Of a stretch of 64,000 nucleotides of DNA, positions 55,201 to 63,376 are shown one piece after another. Every line of letters starts with the position of its first letter. Position 1 is the stretch's first letter. Source of the stretch: Pseudomonadota bacterium (GTDB taxonomy: Bacteria > Myxococcota_A > UBA9160 > UBA4427); assembly GCA_027295775.1 (NCBI GenBank), contig JAPUKG010000007.1:276-64275 (forward strand). The letters are read 5' to 3'. The notes beneath the pieces are model-generated. The model saw only the letters and a list, made by a program, of their open reading frames with translations, did not search any database and was not told the origin of the DNA. The position numbers and the translations under genes were made by a program.

Positions 55201-56431
55201 AGGAAGGTCGCGACAGAACGAGAGAGGCGTTCGTTCCGCCGAAGCCGAAGGAGTTGGAGAGGATCGTCTCGACCTGCTCGGGCCGCGCCTTGTTGGCGAT
55301 GTGGTCGAGCGCGCAGCCCGGATCGGGGTCGTCGAGGTTGATCGTGGGCGGCAAGCGGCCCGTCTCGAGGGCGCGCACGCAGAGGATCGCTTCCACCGCG
55401 CCTGCGGCACCGAGCAGGTGGCCCATCATCGACTTGGTCGACGAGACCGGGGTGCCCTCGCCCAGCAGGTCGCGCAGCGCCCGCGCCTCCACCGGATCGC
55501 CCGCCGGCGTGCCGGTTGCGTGGGCATTCACGTAGCCCAGCTCGGCGGGCGCGATCTTCGCATCCGCGAGCGCCAGCCGCATGCAGCGGGTCACGCCCTC
55601 GCCGCTCTCCTCCGGGGCGGCCATGTGGCTGGCGTCCGCCGAGGCGCCGTAGCCGCACAACTGCGCCAGAATCGGCGCGCCGCGCGCGCGGGCGTGCTCG
55701 AGCGACTCCAGGACCATCACTCCCGCGCCCTCGCTGACGACGAAGCCGTCCCGGTCGCGATCGAAGGGCCGGCTGGCGGTCGCCGGTTCGTCGTTGCGAG
55801 TCGACAGCGCGCGCATGGCGGCGAAGCCCGCCACCGCCAGGTCCGTAATGGGTGCCTCCGTTCCGCCCGCCAGCATCACGTCCGCGTCTCCGCGCATGAT
55901 CAGTCGCGCGCTCTCCCCGATCGAGTGGGCGCTGCTCGCGCAGGCGCTCACGTGACACAGGTTCGGACCCCGCAATCCGTAGGTGATGGAGACGTAGCTA
56001 CTGGGCATGTTCGCGAGCGCCATCGGGATCGTGAACGGCGACGCTCGACGCGGACCGCGCTCGAGGATCACCTTGTGATTCTCGAGGATCGTTCCCAGTC
56101 CGCCGATGCCACTGCCGATGGCGACGCCGATGCGATCCCGGTTGTGATCGCCGATGGAGAGCCCGGCCGCTTCCAGCGCCTGGTGGGCCGCGGACAGTCC
56201 CAGCAGGATGCCGCGATCCAACCGGCGCCGTTCCTTGGCGGGAAGATCGGGGACCACGATCTCGCCCCGCACCTCGCCCGCGATCCGCGCTGGATAGTCG
56301 GTGGCGTCGAAGCGGGTGATGGGACCGATGCCGCTTCGTCCCTCCACCGCAGCGTCCCAGGTGGCATCGAGCGAGTTGCCGAGGGGCGTGACACAGCCCA
56401 TCCCGCTTATGACCACGACCGAGCGGGCCAT
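55196..56431 (-). CDS. fabF: 3-oxoacyl-ACP synthase II
   Basis: 411 aa. Active-site context SACASSAHSIG, plus HATGTPAGD and GHLLGAAG. Confidence 0.95.
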   Translation of the reverse strand: MARSVVVISGMGCVTPLGNSLDATWDAAVEGRSGIGPITRFDATDYPARIAGEVRGEIVVPDLPAKERRRLDRGILLGLSAAHQALEAAGLSIGDHNRDRIGVAIGSGIGGLGTILENHKVILERGPRRASPFTIPMALANMPSSYVSITYGLRGPNLCHVSACASSAHSIGESARLIMRGDADVMLAGGTEAPITDLAVAGFAAMRALSTRNDEPATASRPFDRDRDGFVVSEGAGVMVLESLEHARARGAPILAQLCGYGASADASHMAAPEESGEGVTRCMRLALADAKIAPAELGYVNAHATGTPAGDPVEARALRDLLGEGTPVSSTKSMMGHLLGAAGAVEAILCVRALETGRLPPTINLDDPDPGCALDHIANKARPEQVETILSNSFGFGGTNASLVLSRPSF

Positions 56432-56436
56432 GGAGC

Positions 56437-56673
56437 TCAGCTCCCGCGGCGCTCTTCCAGGTAGGCGACGGCGTCGCCGATGGTCTGGATCTTCTCGGCG
56501 TCCTCGTCGGGAATCTCGATGTCGAACTCTTCCTCCATGGACATCACCAGCTCCACGATGTCCAGGGAGTCAGCCCCCAGGTCGTCGATGAAGGAAGCCT
56601 TCAGCACGACCTCGGCCCGAGCGACCCCGAGCTGCTCCACGATGAGATCCGTGACCTTCTTTTCGAGATCCAT
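56437..56673 (-). CDS. acpP: Acyl carrier protein
   Basis: 78 aa with the phosphopantetheine site [14 protein letters not shown]. Confidence 0.95.
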   Translation of the reverse strand: MDLEKKVTDLIVEQLGVARAEVVLKASFIDDLGADSLDIVELVMSMEEEFDIEIPDEDAEKIQTIGDAVAYLEERRGS

Positions 56674-56783
56674 CCAGGAACCTCCGACCTACGCGTCCCA
56701 GGCGAGACGGCTCTCACCGGCGGCGCCGGCCGCGCAATCGTCGTCCATCCGAACGGCGCCCGCAACATCGGCGCGTCCCTCGT

Positions 56784-57728
56784 TCAAGGCGCCTCCGCGG
56801 CGAATTCCACCGCCTCGTCCAGGTCCTGGATCGAGCCCAGGTTCGCCCGGCGGGCCCGTCGGTCGATGCGCGCCACCAGTCCCGAGAGCACGCGCCCGGG
56901 TCCGACCTCCAGGAAACGGGTCACGCCCAGGCCGCGCAGGGTCTCCACCATCTCGGTGAAGCGGACCGGCGCGGTGACCTGTTGGAGGAGCAGTCCCGGG
57001 ATTCGCGCCGGATCCGAATTCGGCCGCGCCTCCACGTTGCTGACCACGGGCGGCTTCGCCGGCGCGAAGCGGACCCCGTCGAGCTCCAGGCGCAGCTTCT
57101 CGGCGGCAGGCGCCATCAACGGGCAGTGGAAGGGCGCCGACACCGCGAGGGGGACGGCGCGCTTGGCCCCGAGCTCCCGGGCGCGGCTGCACGCGCTCTC
57201 CACCGCCACTGCATCGCCCGCAATCACGACCTGCTGGGGCGAGTTGAAATTGGCCGGCGTCACCACGCGGCCCGTCTCGCGGGCGGCGTGCTCGCACGCG
57301 GCGCGGACGTCGTTGGCACCGCACCCGAGGAGCGCCGCCATGGCGCCCCGCCCTTCGGGCACCGCCTCCTGCATGTAGCGCCCGCGCGCGTGGACCAGGC
57401 ACACCGCCTCGTCGAAGGCCAGCGCGCCGGCAGCCACCAGGGCCGTGTACTCCCCCAGGCTGTGTCCCGCCACGAAATCCGGAGACACCGCGGTGCGCTC
57501 CTCGAGGGCTCTCAGCAGCGCCACACCGGTGGTGAGGATCGCGGGCTGCTGGATCTCGGTGCGGCGGAGCTCGTCCTCAGGTCCCTCGAAGCAGAGGGCC
57601 GACAGGGAGAAGCCGAGCGCCGCGTCGGCAGCGTCGAAGACGCGCCGCGCCGCAGGCGAGGACGACGCCGCTTCGCGGCCCATCCCCACTTCCTGTGAGC
57701 CCTGACCCGGGAAGAGGAGCGCTAACAC
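56784..57728 (-). CDS. fabD: Malonyl-CoA:ACP transacylase
   Basis: (M)LALLFPGQGSQEVGMG...GHSLGEYTALV. GTG start. Confidence 0.93.
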   Translation of the reverse strand: MLALLFPGQGSQEVGMGREAASSSPAARRVFDAADAALGFSLSALCFEGPEDELRRTEIQQPAILTTGVALLRALEERTAVSPDFVAGHSLGEYTALVAAGALAFDEAVCLVHARGRYMQEAVPEGRGAMAALLGCGANDVRAACEHAARETGRVVTPANFNSPQQVVIAGDAVAVESACSRARELGAKRAVPLAVSAPFHCPLMAPAAEKLRLELDGVRFAPAKPPVVSNVEARPNSDPARIPGLLLQQVTAPVRFTEMVETLRGLGVTRFLEVGPGRVLSGLVARIDRRARRANLGSIQDLDEAVEFAAEAP

Positions 57729-57734
57729 CGGCGG

Positions 57735-57917
57735 CTATTCCTCGTCGGTCTCGATGACGGTCCGGTCGCGATACCAGCCGCAGCTCGGACAGACGCGGTG
57801 CGGGAGCTTGGGCGCCTTGCACTGGGGACAGAAACCGACGACCGGGGCCGCCAGGGCGTCGTGACTCCGCCGTTGGCTCTGCTTCGACTTCGACGTCCTG
57901 CGCTTGGGTACCGCCAT
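57735..57917 (-). CDS. rpmF: 50S ribosomal protein L32
   Basis: [19 protein letters not shown]...[18 protein letters not shown]. Confidence 0.95.
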   Translation of the reverse strand: MAVPKRRTSKSKQSQRRSHDALAAPVVGFCPQCKAPKLPHRVCPSCGWYRDRTVIETDEE

Positions 57918-57975
57918 CAGCCCAATCCTCCATCTCGCGCGGGTACCGCCATCAAGCCTCCCCTTCGTCTCTTCC
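57906..57975. repeat. Tandem duplication (2 x 35 nt) of the yceD-stop/rpmF-start junction
   Basis: gggtaccgccatca occurs at 57906-57919 and again at 57941-57954. The remainder of each unit is degenerate. This creates an 11-codon uORF at 57917-57952. Confidence 0.85.
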
Positions 57976-58530
57976 GCCCCGAAGTGCGGCGAGCACCGCG
58001 AAGGGCGAGTTCGGTTTCGTCTCCGCGCACGCGCAGGCCGACTTGTTGAGGTCGATCCCGCAGCGAGAACACAGCCCCGCGCAGTCCTCCCGGCACAGGG
58101 GCTGGATCGGCAGGGCCAGAGCCACCAGTTCGGCGAAGAAGGACTCGAGGTCGATCTCGCTGCCCCGGTACCAGCCCGTCTGGAGCTCCTCGCTCACCCA
58201 CACGCCATCCCGCTCGAGGGCTCGCGCGCTCTCGGGATCTCCGGGGACGCGATCGCCAGCGGGCTCCAGCACCAGCCGGAAGTCGTCGCGAAGGGCGTGA
58301 CGATAGCGCGCGCCACACCGGCTGCATTCGGCCTCGATGGCGCCGGCGAGGGCCCCCGAGACGAGCAGATCCGAGCCCATCCCCCGGGCCGCGCCGACCC
58401 TCGTGGAGGCCTCGGCGGTCATCCGGTACGGCTCTACAGCGGAGACCTCGCGGTCCTTCCACCAGTCGGGGCCGGCCTCGAACTCGAAGGGGGTCGGAGT
58501 CTCGCAGAGCCGGTCGACCAGGATCTTCAT
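57952..58530 (-). CDS. yceD: YceD/DUF177 family protein (23S rRNA accumulation protein-like)
   Basis: Trimmed to MKILVDRL...; the CSRCG...[17 protein letters not shown] Cys motifs are typical of DUF177. Position upstream of rpmF. Confidence 0.85.
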   Translation of the reverse strand: MKILVDRLCETPTPFEFEAGPDWWKDREVSAVEPYRMTAEASTRVGAARGMGSDLLVSGALAGAIEAECSRCGARYRHALRDDFRLVLEPAGDRVPGDPESARALERDGVWVSEELQTGWYRGSEIDLESFFAELVALALPIQPLCREDCAGLCSRCGIDLNKSACACAETKPNSPFAVLAALRGGRDEGEA

Positions 58531-58646
58531 AGCGGTGAGCCCCGCGTGAAGCGGGGTAGAGGACGAGAAAAGAGAGAAAAAACAGGGATTTGGGATTTGA
58601 CGGAAATAGCAGAGCGGAACACCGTCCGCCAATGGAACCCCCCGGG

Positions 58647-60095
58647 ATGCGATATGTTGACGCCGTGCAAGACGTCCGCACCCGCTTTGCGCCCAGCCCC
58701 ACGGGGTTCCTGCACATCGGCGGCGCCCGCACCGCCCTGTTCAACTGGGCCTACGCGCGGCGCCACGCCGGCAGCCTGGTCCTGCGCATCGAGGACACCG
58801 ACCGCGAGCGCTCGACGGCCGAGTCCGAGGCGGCGGTGCTGGAGGGGCTGGCCTGGCTGGGCGTCGACTGGGACGACGGGCCCTACCGGCAGAGCGAGCG
58901 GAGTGAACTCTACGCCGAGGCGGCGGATCGCCTGCTGGCCAGCGGCCGCGCGTACCGCTGCGCGTGCACGCGCGAGGAGCTCGAGGCGCGCAAGCAGGCC
59001 ACGATCGCCGCCGGGCGAAAGTGGATCTACGACGGGCGCTGCCGAGACCGGGAGCTGGGCCCGGACTGCGGCGAGCACACGGTCCGCCTGCGGGTCGACG
59101 ACGACGAGCAGCTCGAGTGGGACGATCTGGTCTTCGGCCCGAGCGGACAGCAGGGCCGGGAGGTCGGCGACAAGATCATCCGGCGCAGCGACGGCAGCGT
59201 CCTCTACCACCTGGCGGTCGTGGTGGACGACCTCGAGATGAGCATCCGACAGGTGATTCGCGGCGTCGACCACCTCCCCAACACCCCCTTCCAGATCGCG
59301 CTCTACCGGGCGCTCGACGCCGAGCCGCCCCGCTTCGCGCACGTGCCCCTGATCGTGAACGAGAAGGGCGTGAAGCTCTCCAAGCGACGCGACCCGGTGT
59401 CGGTCCAGCAGTTCCGGGAGGACGGCTTCCTGCCCGAGGCCGTGCGCAACTGGCTGATCCGGATCGGCTGGTCGCACGGAGACCAGGAGATCTTCTCTCG
59501 CGAGGAGATCGTCCAGCTGTTCGATCTCGAGAGTGTGGGCCGCTCCAGCGGCCAGGCGGATCCCGCCAAGCTCGAGGCACTCAATCGACACTACATCGTG
59601 TCGATCCCGGCGCCGGAGCTCCATCGCGCCGCCCGTCCCTTTCTGGCACGGGAGGCCGGCTACGGGGACGGGGACGGGCCGACCGCGAGTCCGGAGCTCG
59701 AGCGCCTGCTGGACCTGCTGCGGGAGCGGAGTGTCCGTCTGACGGAGATGGCAGCGCGCGCCCGCTGGTTCCTGCTGGACGAGATCACCGTCGACGAGAA
59801 GGCGGCGCGCAAGCACCTGACCCCCGCCGCGCTGCCGATCCTCGAGGTCCTGCGCGACCGACTCGAGTCGGTGTCCGTGTCCAACTGGGAGGACGCCTCA
59901 CTGGAGGAGGTCTTCGAGACGGTAAAGACGGAGCAGGGCGACGTGTCGATGGGCGTGCTCGCGCAGCCCGTGCGCGTGGCGGTCACTGGAAGCGCGGCCT
60001 CGCCGGGGATCTACGAGACCCTGGCGGTGCTGGGCCGGGAGCGCACGCTGGAGCGGCTCGGCAGCGCCATCGAACGCATCCGAAGCGGGCGCTGA
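58647..60095 (+). CDS. gltX: Glutamate--tRNA ligase
   Basis: RTRFAPSPTGFLHIGGARTALFNW (HIGH region) and VKLSKRR (KMSKS). Start could be ATG 58647 or GTG 58665. The track start 58590 is unlikely. Confidence 0.93.
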   Translation: MRYVDAVQDVRTRFAPSPTGFLHIGGARTALFNWAYARRHAGSLVLRIEDTDRERSTAESEAAVLEGLAWLGVDWDDGPYRQSERSELYAEAADRLLASGRAYRCACTREELEARKQATIAAGRKWIYDGRCRDRELGPDCGEHTVRLRVDDDEQLEWDDLVFGPSGQQGREVGDKIIRRSDGSVLYHLAVVVDDLEMSIRQVIRGVDHLPNTPFQIALYRALDAEPPRFAHVPLIVNEKGVKLSKRRDPVSVQQFREDGFLPEAVRNWLIRIGWSHGDQEIFSREEIVQLFDLESVGRSSGQADPAKLEALNRHYIVSIPAPELHRAARPFLAREAGYGDGDGPTASPELERLLDLLRERSVRLTEMAARARWFLLDEITVDEKAARKHLTPAALPILEVLRDRLESVSVSNWEDASLEEVFETVKTEQGDVSMGVLAQPVRVAVTGSAASPGIYETLAVLGRERTLERLGSAIERIRSGR

Positions 60096-60096
60096 G

Positions 60097-62118
60097 TCAC
60101 TCGACGTAGCCCATGGCCCGCAGCTCGTCGACCCTCTCCACGTCGAGAAGGGCGGGCTCGGGATCGATCCGGGGCGTCAACAGATCGCGGGCCTGCGGGC
60201 CGAGCCGCTCCATCAGCTCGGCGGGCCAGGCGTCGCCCTTGCCCGCCACGTTGCGTCGCTCGCCGGGGTCGCGATCCAGCTCATAGGCACCCAGGAGCCG
60301 GCCCTCCTCGAGGGCGGCGGGATCCTCGAAGCCGATCAGCTTGTGCGGCCCCTCGATCAGCGCCACGGTGCTGCGCTCGCGCCGGGTGGCCTGGAACGCG
60401 AACGCCGGTCGATCCTCCAGCGTCCCGAGCGCGAGCAGGGAGCTGCCGGGCCAGTCGGGATCCGGCGGCCTGCCCGCCATCTCCACCAGCGTCGGGGCCA
60501 GGTCCACCAGGGAGGCGGCCGCGTCGATCCGGCCCGGCTCGATGCCGGCACCGACGATGAAGAGCGGGACGGAGATCAGCTCCTCCCAGACGGTGCCCTG
60601 GTGGTAGAGCACGTTGTGCTCGCCGAAGGCCTCGCCGTGGTCGCTGGTGAACACGAAGTAGCCGTTCGCGAGCATCCCCCGTGCGCGCAGGTCCGCGACG
60701 ATCCCTTCGAGGGCTCGGTCGAGGTCGATGACCCCGCCCCGGTAGCGGGCCTGGAGCTTCTCCACGAGCCGGGCGACCGCCGGGTCGTCCAGGCTGCTCG
60801 CGCCGCGTGTCCGCGCCACGAGCTCGCGCTGCAGCGGCTCGTTCCACTGCTCGATGCCGAGCCGCTCCCCGTGCTGGCGCGCCGTCGCCGCGCTGACCCG
60901 GTAGGGCAGGTGCGTCCGGTACGTCTGGACGAACAGGAAGACCGGGCGGCCGTCGTCTGCGTCGAGGAAGGCTCGCGTGCGTTCGGCGGTGGAGCGGATG
61001 CTGATCTGGCGCTCGTCGAACCACTCGAATCCCTGGGAGAGGCCCCGGTGATCCGAGACCACGACGGCGTCGGTGATGGCCCCGGTCCGGTACCCGGCCG
61101 CGGAGAGGTGCTCGGCGATGGTCGAGACCGCGTCCGGAAGCACCGTGGTCTCGTCGCGCACGCCCACCTGGTGGGGATAGAAGCCGCTGAAGAGCGCCGC
61201 GTGGGCCGGCAGGGTGTGGGTGCTGGCGGACCAGGCGCGCGTGAAGAGCAGACTCTCGCCGGCGAGCCGGTCGAGGAACGGGGTCAGGCTGAGCTCGCCG
61301 CCGTAGGCCTGGAGGTTGTCCGCCCGGAACGTGTCGGCCAGGAAGAGCACGATGTCCGGGTGCCGCCGTGTCCACAGCCGTGCGCCCGGCGCGCCGACCT
61401 CGGCCGGCCCGATCACGGGCGCGAGGAAGGCGCTGTGGGCGAGGCCACCGTCGACCTCGAAGCGCACCCGAGCGCTCGAACGCCCTTCCGCTGGAAGGAC
61501 GACCTCGTGCCAGGCGAACGCCTCCCGTCCCGGATCGGGGGCAGCGTGCTCGAAGACGAGCTGGTCGTCGAGCAGCACGCGAAAGCGCACCGGGACGTCC
61601 TCGGCGCTCTCGCCGAGCAGCGCGGGCTCGACGGTGGTGGCGAAGCGCAGACCGCTGGCGGCGGGAATCGCCACCTCCCGCTCGTACGCCTCGCCGGCGC
61701 GGAGCGCGAAGCCCTCGCCCGAGAACCGGTTGCCGGTCACGCGCCAGGTGTCGTCCAGCCGGCGCCGCCCCCCGAGCAGGACGGAGAGGGTCAACGACGC
61801 CGGTGGCTCTCGCCCCGCCGCGGGCCGCAGGAACAGACCCTTGCGTGAGGCCACGAACGAGTCCGGCGGAAAGTCCCAGGCACCGGAGACGAGATTCGGC
61901 GGCGCGTACCGGTAGGAAGCCTCTCCACCCGTGAGGCGCTGAGGCGTGACCCCCCTCGAACCCGCTCCGCGCACGCGCACGGGTGCGCTCCAGGTGTGTT
62001 CCGCCGCGTCCGAAGGACTCCAATCCGAACGCTCGACCACCGTCTCGAGCCACTCTCCGTCGCCATCTCGCGCGATCCGGAAGGTCCGCCCGTCTCGGGC
62101 CGTGAAGACCGCACGCAC
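60097..62118 (-). CDS. Sulfatase/alkaline-phosphatase-superfamily protein with Thr at the nucleophile position
   Basis: 673 aa. Metal site DIVLFLADTFRADN. The sulfatase signature region reads SASTHTLPAHAALFSGFYPHQVG, i.e. T and H where type I sulfatases have C/S and R. Later motif FTSDHGEAFGEH. No signal peptide when started at GTG 62118 (see the 62182-62283 feature). Confidence 0.8.
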   Translation of the reverse strand: MRAVFTARDGRTFRIARDGDGEWLETVVERSDWSPSDAAEHTWSAPVRVRGAGSRGVTPQRLTGGEASYRYAPPNLVSGAWDFPPDSFVASRKGLFLRPAAGREPPASLTLSVLLGGRRRLDDTWRVTGNRFSGEGFALRAGEAYEREVAIPAASGLRFATTVEPALLGESAEDVPVRFRVLLDDQLVFEHAAPDPGREAFAWHEVVLPAEGRSSARVRFEVDGGLAHSAFLAPVIGPAEVGAPGARLWTRRHPDIVLFLADTFRADNLQAYGGELSLTPFLDRLAGESLLFTRAWSASTHTLPAHAALFSGFYPHQVGVRDETTVLPDAVSTIAEHLSAAGYRTGAITDAVVVSDHRGLSQGFEWFDERQISIRSTAERTRAFLDADDGRPVFLFVQTYRTHLPYRVSAATARQHGERLGIEQWNEPLQRELVARTRGASSLDDPAVARLVEKLQARYRGGVIDLDRALEGIVADLRARGMLANGYFVFTSDHGEAFGEHNVLYHQGTVWEELISVPLFIVGAGIEPGRIDAAASLVDLAPTLVEMAGRPPDPDWPGSSLLALGTLEDRPAFAFQATRRERSTVALIEGPHKLIGFEDPAALEEGRLLGAYELDRDPGERRNVAGKGDAWPAELMERLGPQARDLLTPRIDPEPALLDVERVDELRAMGYVE

Positions 62119-62181
62119 TTCGCCGCCGCTCTCGACACCCCGGCCCGCCGGAACAGCCAGCCGCAGCCACGCCGCCTGCGA

Positions 62182-62283
62182 TTAGCCGGAGTCGGAGCCC
62201 TCGCCGCCCCCGACCCCGCAGCCAGGCACGAGCGCGAGCGCAAGCAGAGCGATCGCCAGCCTCAGCGGATTCGTCGCAGACAT
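62182..62283 (-). other. 33-codon lipoprotein signal-peptide ORF, in frame with and 21 codons upstream of the sulfatase-like ORF, ended by TAA
   Basis: Own translation: ATG 62283 gives MSATNPLRLAIALLALALVPGCGVGGGEGSDSG, then TAA (62184-62182). The same frame continues SQAAWLRLAVPAGRGVESGGE-V(62118)RAVFTARDG.... Confidence 0.55.
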
Positions 62284-62310
62284 GGCTTCACGGAAGTGCG
62301 AGAAGAGGAG

Positions 62311-62384
62311 TGGATCCCCGGCGTGGATTTGAACCACGATTAGTAGATTCAGAGTCTACTGTCCTGCCGTTAGACGACCGGGGA
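62311..62384 (-). tRNA. tRNA-Gln (anticodon CUG)
   Basis: Hand-folded 74-nt cloverleaf. Acceptor UCCCCGG/CCGGGGA (U1-A72), U8, D-arm GUCU-AACGGCA-GGAC. Anticodon arm GUAGA-CUCUGAA-UCUAC, T-arm CGUGG-UUCAAAU-CCACG, U73, encoded CCA. Confidence 0.9.
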
Positions 62385-62436
62385 CCAAGCGGCTCGAAAT
62401 TAGTAAAGCCCTCGCGCTTCCGCTCCCCTCTCGCTT

Positions 62437-62473
62437 CCACCCGCCCCCAGAAGAGAGCCCCGCGAAGTTCAGA
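62437..62473 (-). repeat. 37-nt motif spanning the prepilin-peptidase stop codon (copy B)
   Basis: Minus strand reads TCTGAACTTCGCGGGGCTCTCTTCTGGGGGCGGGTGG. This is the partner of 55164-55200. Confidence 0.8.
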
Positions 62474-63350
62474 GGGAGGGGAAGAAGGGCACCAGGACCA
62501 CGAGAAGCGCACCCAACGCGATGGCGGGGCCGAAGCCGAAGGGGCTACTCCAGCTGCGGGTGGCGAGGGCCCAGCCAACGCCCATGACGATGCCGGCGAG
62601 GGAGGCCGCGATGATGGTCTGGAGCACGCCCCAGGGCCCGAGGAAGGCGCCGATCATCGCCAGGAGCTTGATGTCGCCGAAGCCCATGCCCGGGAACCAG
62701 ATCCAGTAGTCGAGGCTACCCGGCGTCGGGTAGGTCTCGCCTTCGCCCGGCCAGTGCTCGAACTCGCGCCCCATGGCGGCCGACAGCCGCGCGTGCAGGA
62801 ACGCCACCGACCACAGAACGCCGCCGCCCACCAGCGCCCCGCCCCAGGCCACGCCCAACGCGTCCGCCAGCGGGCCGCCCGACCCCGCCTGGACCGCCGG
62901 CACCAGGGCCAGCCCCAGGGCCAGCCCACCGAGCGAGATCTCGTCGGGGATGATGCGGTGGTCCAGGTCGATCAGGGCCGCGGCGATCAGGCCCGCAGCG
63001 AAGAGCATCAGGACTGGCGTGGCCGGGCTTGCGCCGAAGCGCCAGGCGATGGCCGCGAAGACGCAGCCAGTGAGCAGCTCCACCGCCGGGTAGCGCGGGG
63101 AGATCCGCACCCGGCACTGGCGACAACGGCCGCCGAGCCACAGGTACGAGAGCACGGGCACGTTGTCCCACGGTTTGATCGCGGTGTTGCAGGAGGGACA
63201 GTGGGAGCCGGGCTTGACGATCGACTGGCCCAGGGGGAGGCGGTGGATGACTACGTTGAGGAACGAGCCGATCACCAGGCCGAACGCGAAAGTGAAGCCC
63301 AGGCCGGCGCCCGTGAGCCACGCCGTGGTCTGCATCGCCTCACCGGTCAT
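62469..63350 (-). CDS. pilD: Prepilin peptidase (A24 family, PilD-like)
   Basis: GSFLNVVIHRLPLGQSIVKPGSHCPSCNTAIKPWDNVPVLSYLWLGGRCRQCRVRISPRYPAVEL (Cys-box N-domain), plus the catalytic Asp contexts ALIDLDHRIIPD and GFGDIKLLAMIG. Start set at ATG 63350; ATG 63335 is an alternative. Confidence 0.88.
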   Translation of the reverse strand: MTGEAMQTTAWLTGAGLGFTFAFGLVIGSFLNVVIHRLPLGQSIVKPGSHCPSCNTAIKPWDNVPVLSYLWLGGRCRQCRVRISPRYPAVELLTGCVFAAIAWRFGASPATPVLMLFAAGLIAAALIDLDHRIIPDEISLGGLALGLALVPAVQAGSGGPLADALGVAWGGALVGGGVLWSVAFLHARLSAAMGREFEHWPGEGETYPTPGSLDYWIWFPGMGFGDIKLLAMIGAFLGPWGVLQTIIAASLAGIVMGVGWALATRSWSSPFGFGPAIALGALLVVLVPFFPSL

Positions 63351-63376
63351 GGCGCCCCTGCTCGCGGAAGTCCCGT

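Noticed and set aside
58531-58646. Promoter calls and the CCCCGC-GTGAA-GCGGGG hairpin (58540-58556) in the yceD/gltX divergent region, including the purine tract and the GGGATTT GGGATTT repeat.
   Set aside because: The region is clearly the AT-richest intergenic stretch and very likely holds divergent promoters. However, candidate hexamers (TTGGCG-N18-TATTTC; TTGACG without a matching -10) are too weak to report as features.
55164-62473. The two 37-nt motif copies as attL/attR of an island integrated next to tRNA-Gln.
   Set aside because: The 7.3 kb between them holds core housekeeping genes (fabF, acpP, fabD, rpmF, yceD, gltX). There is no integrase or mobility gene. The repeat is not derived from the tRNA 3' end.
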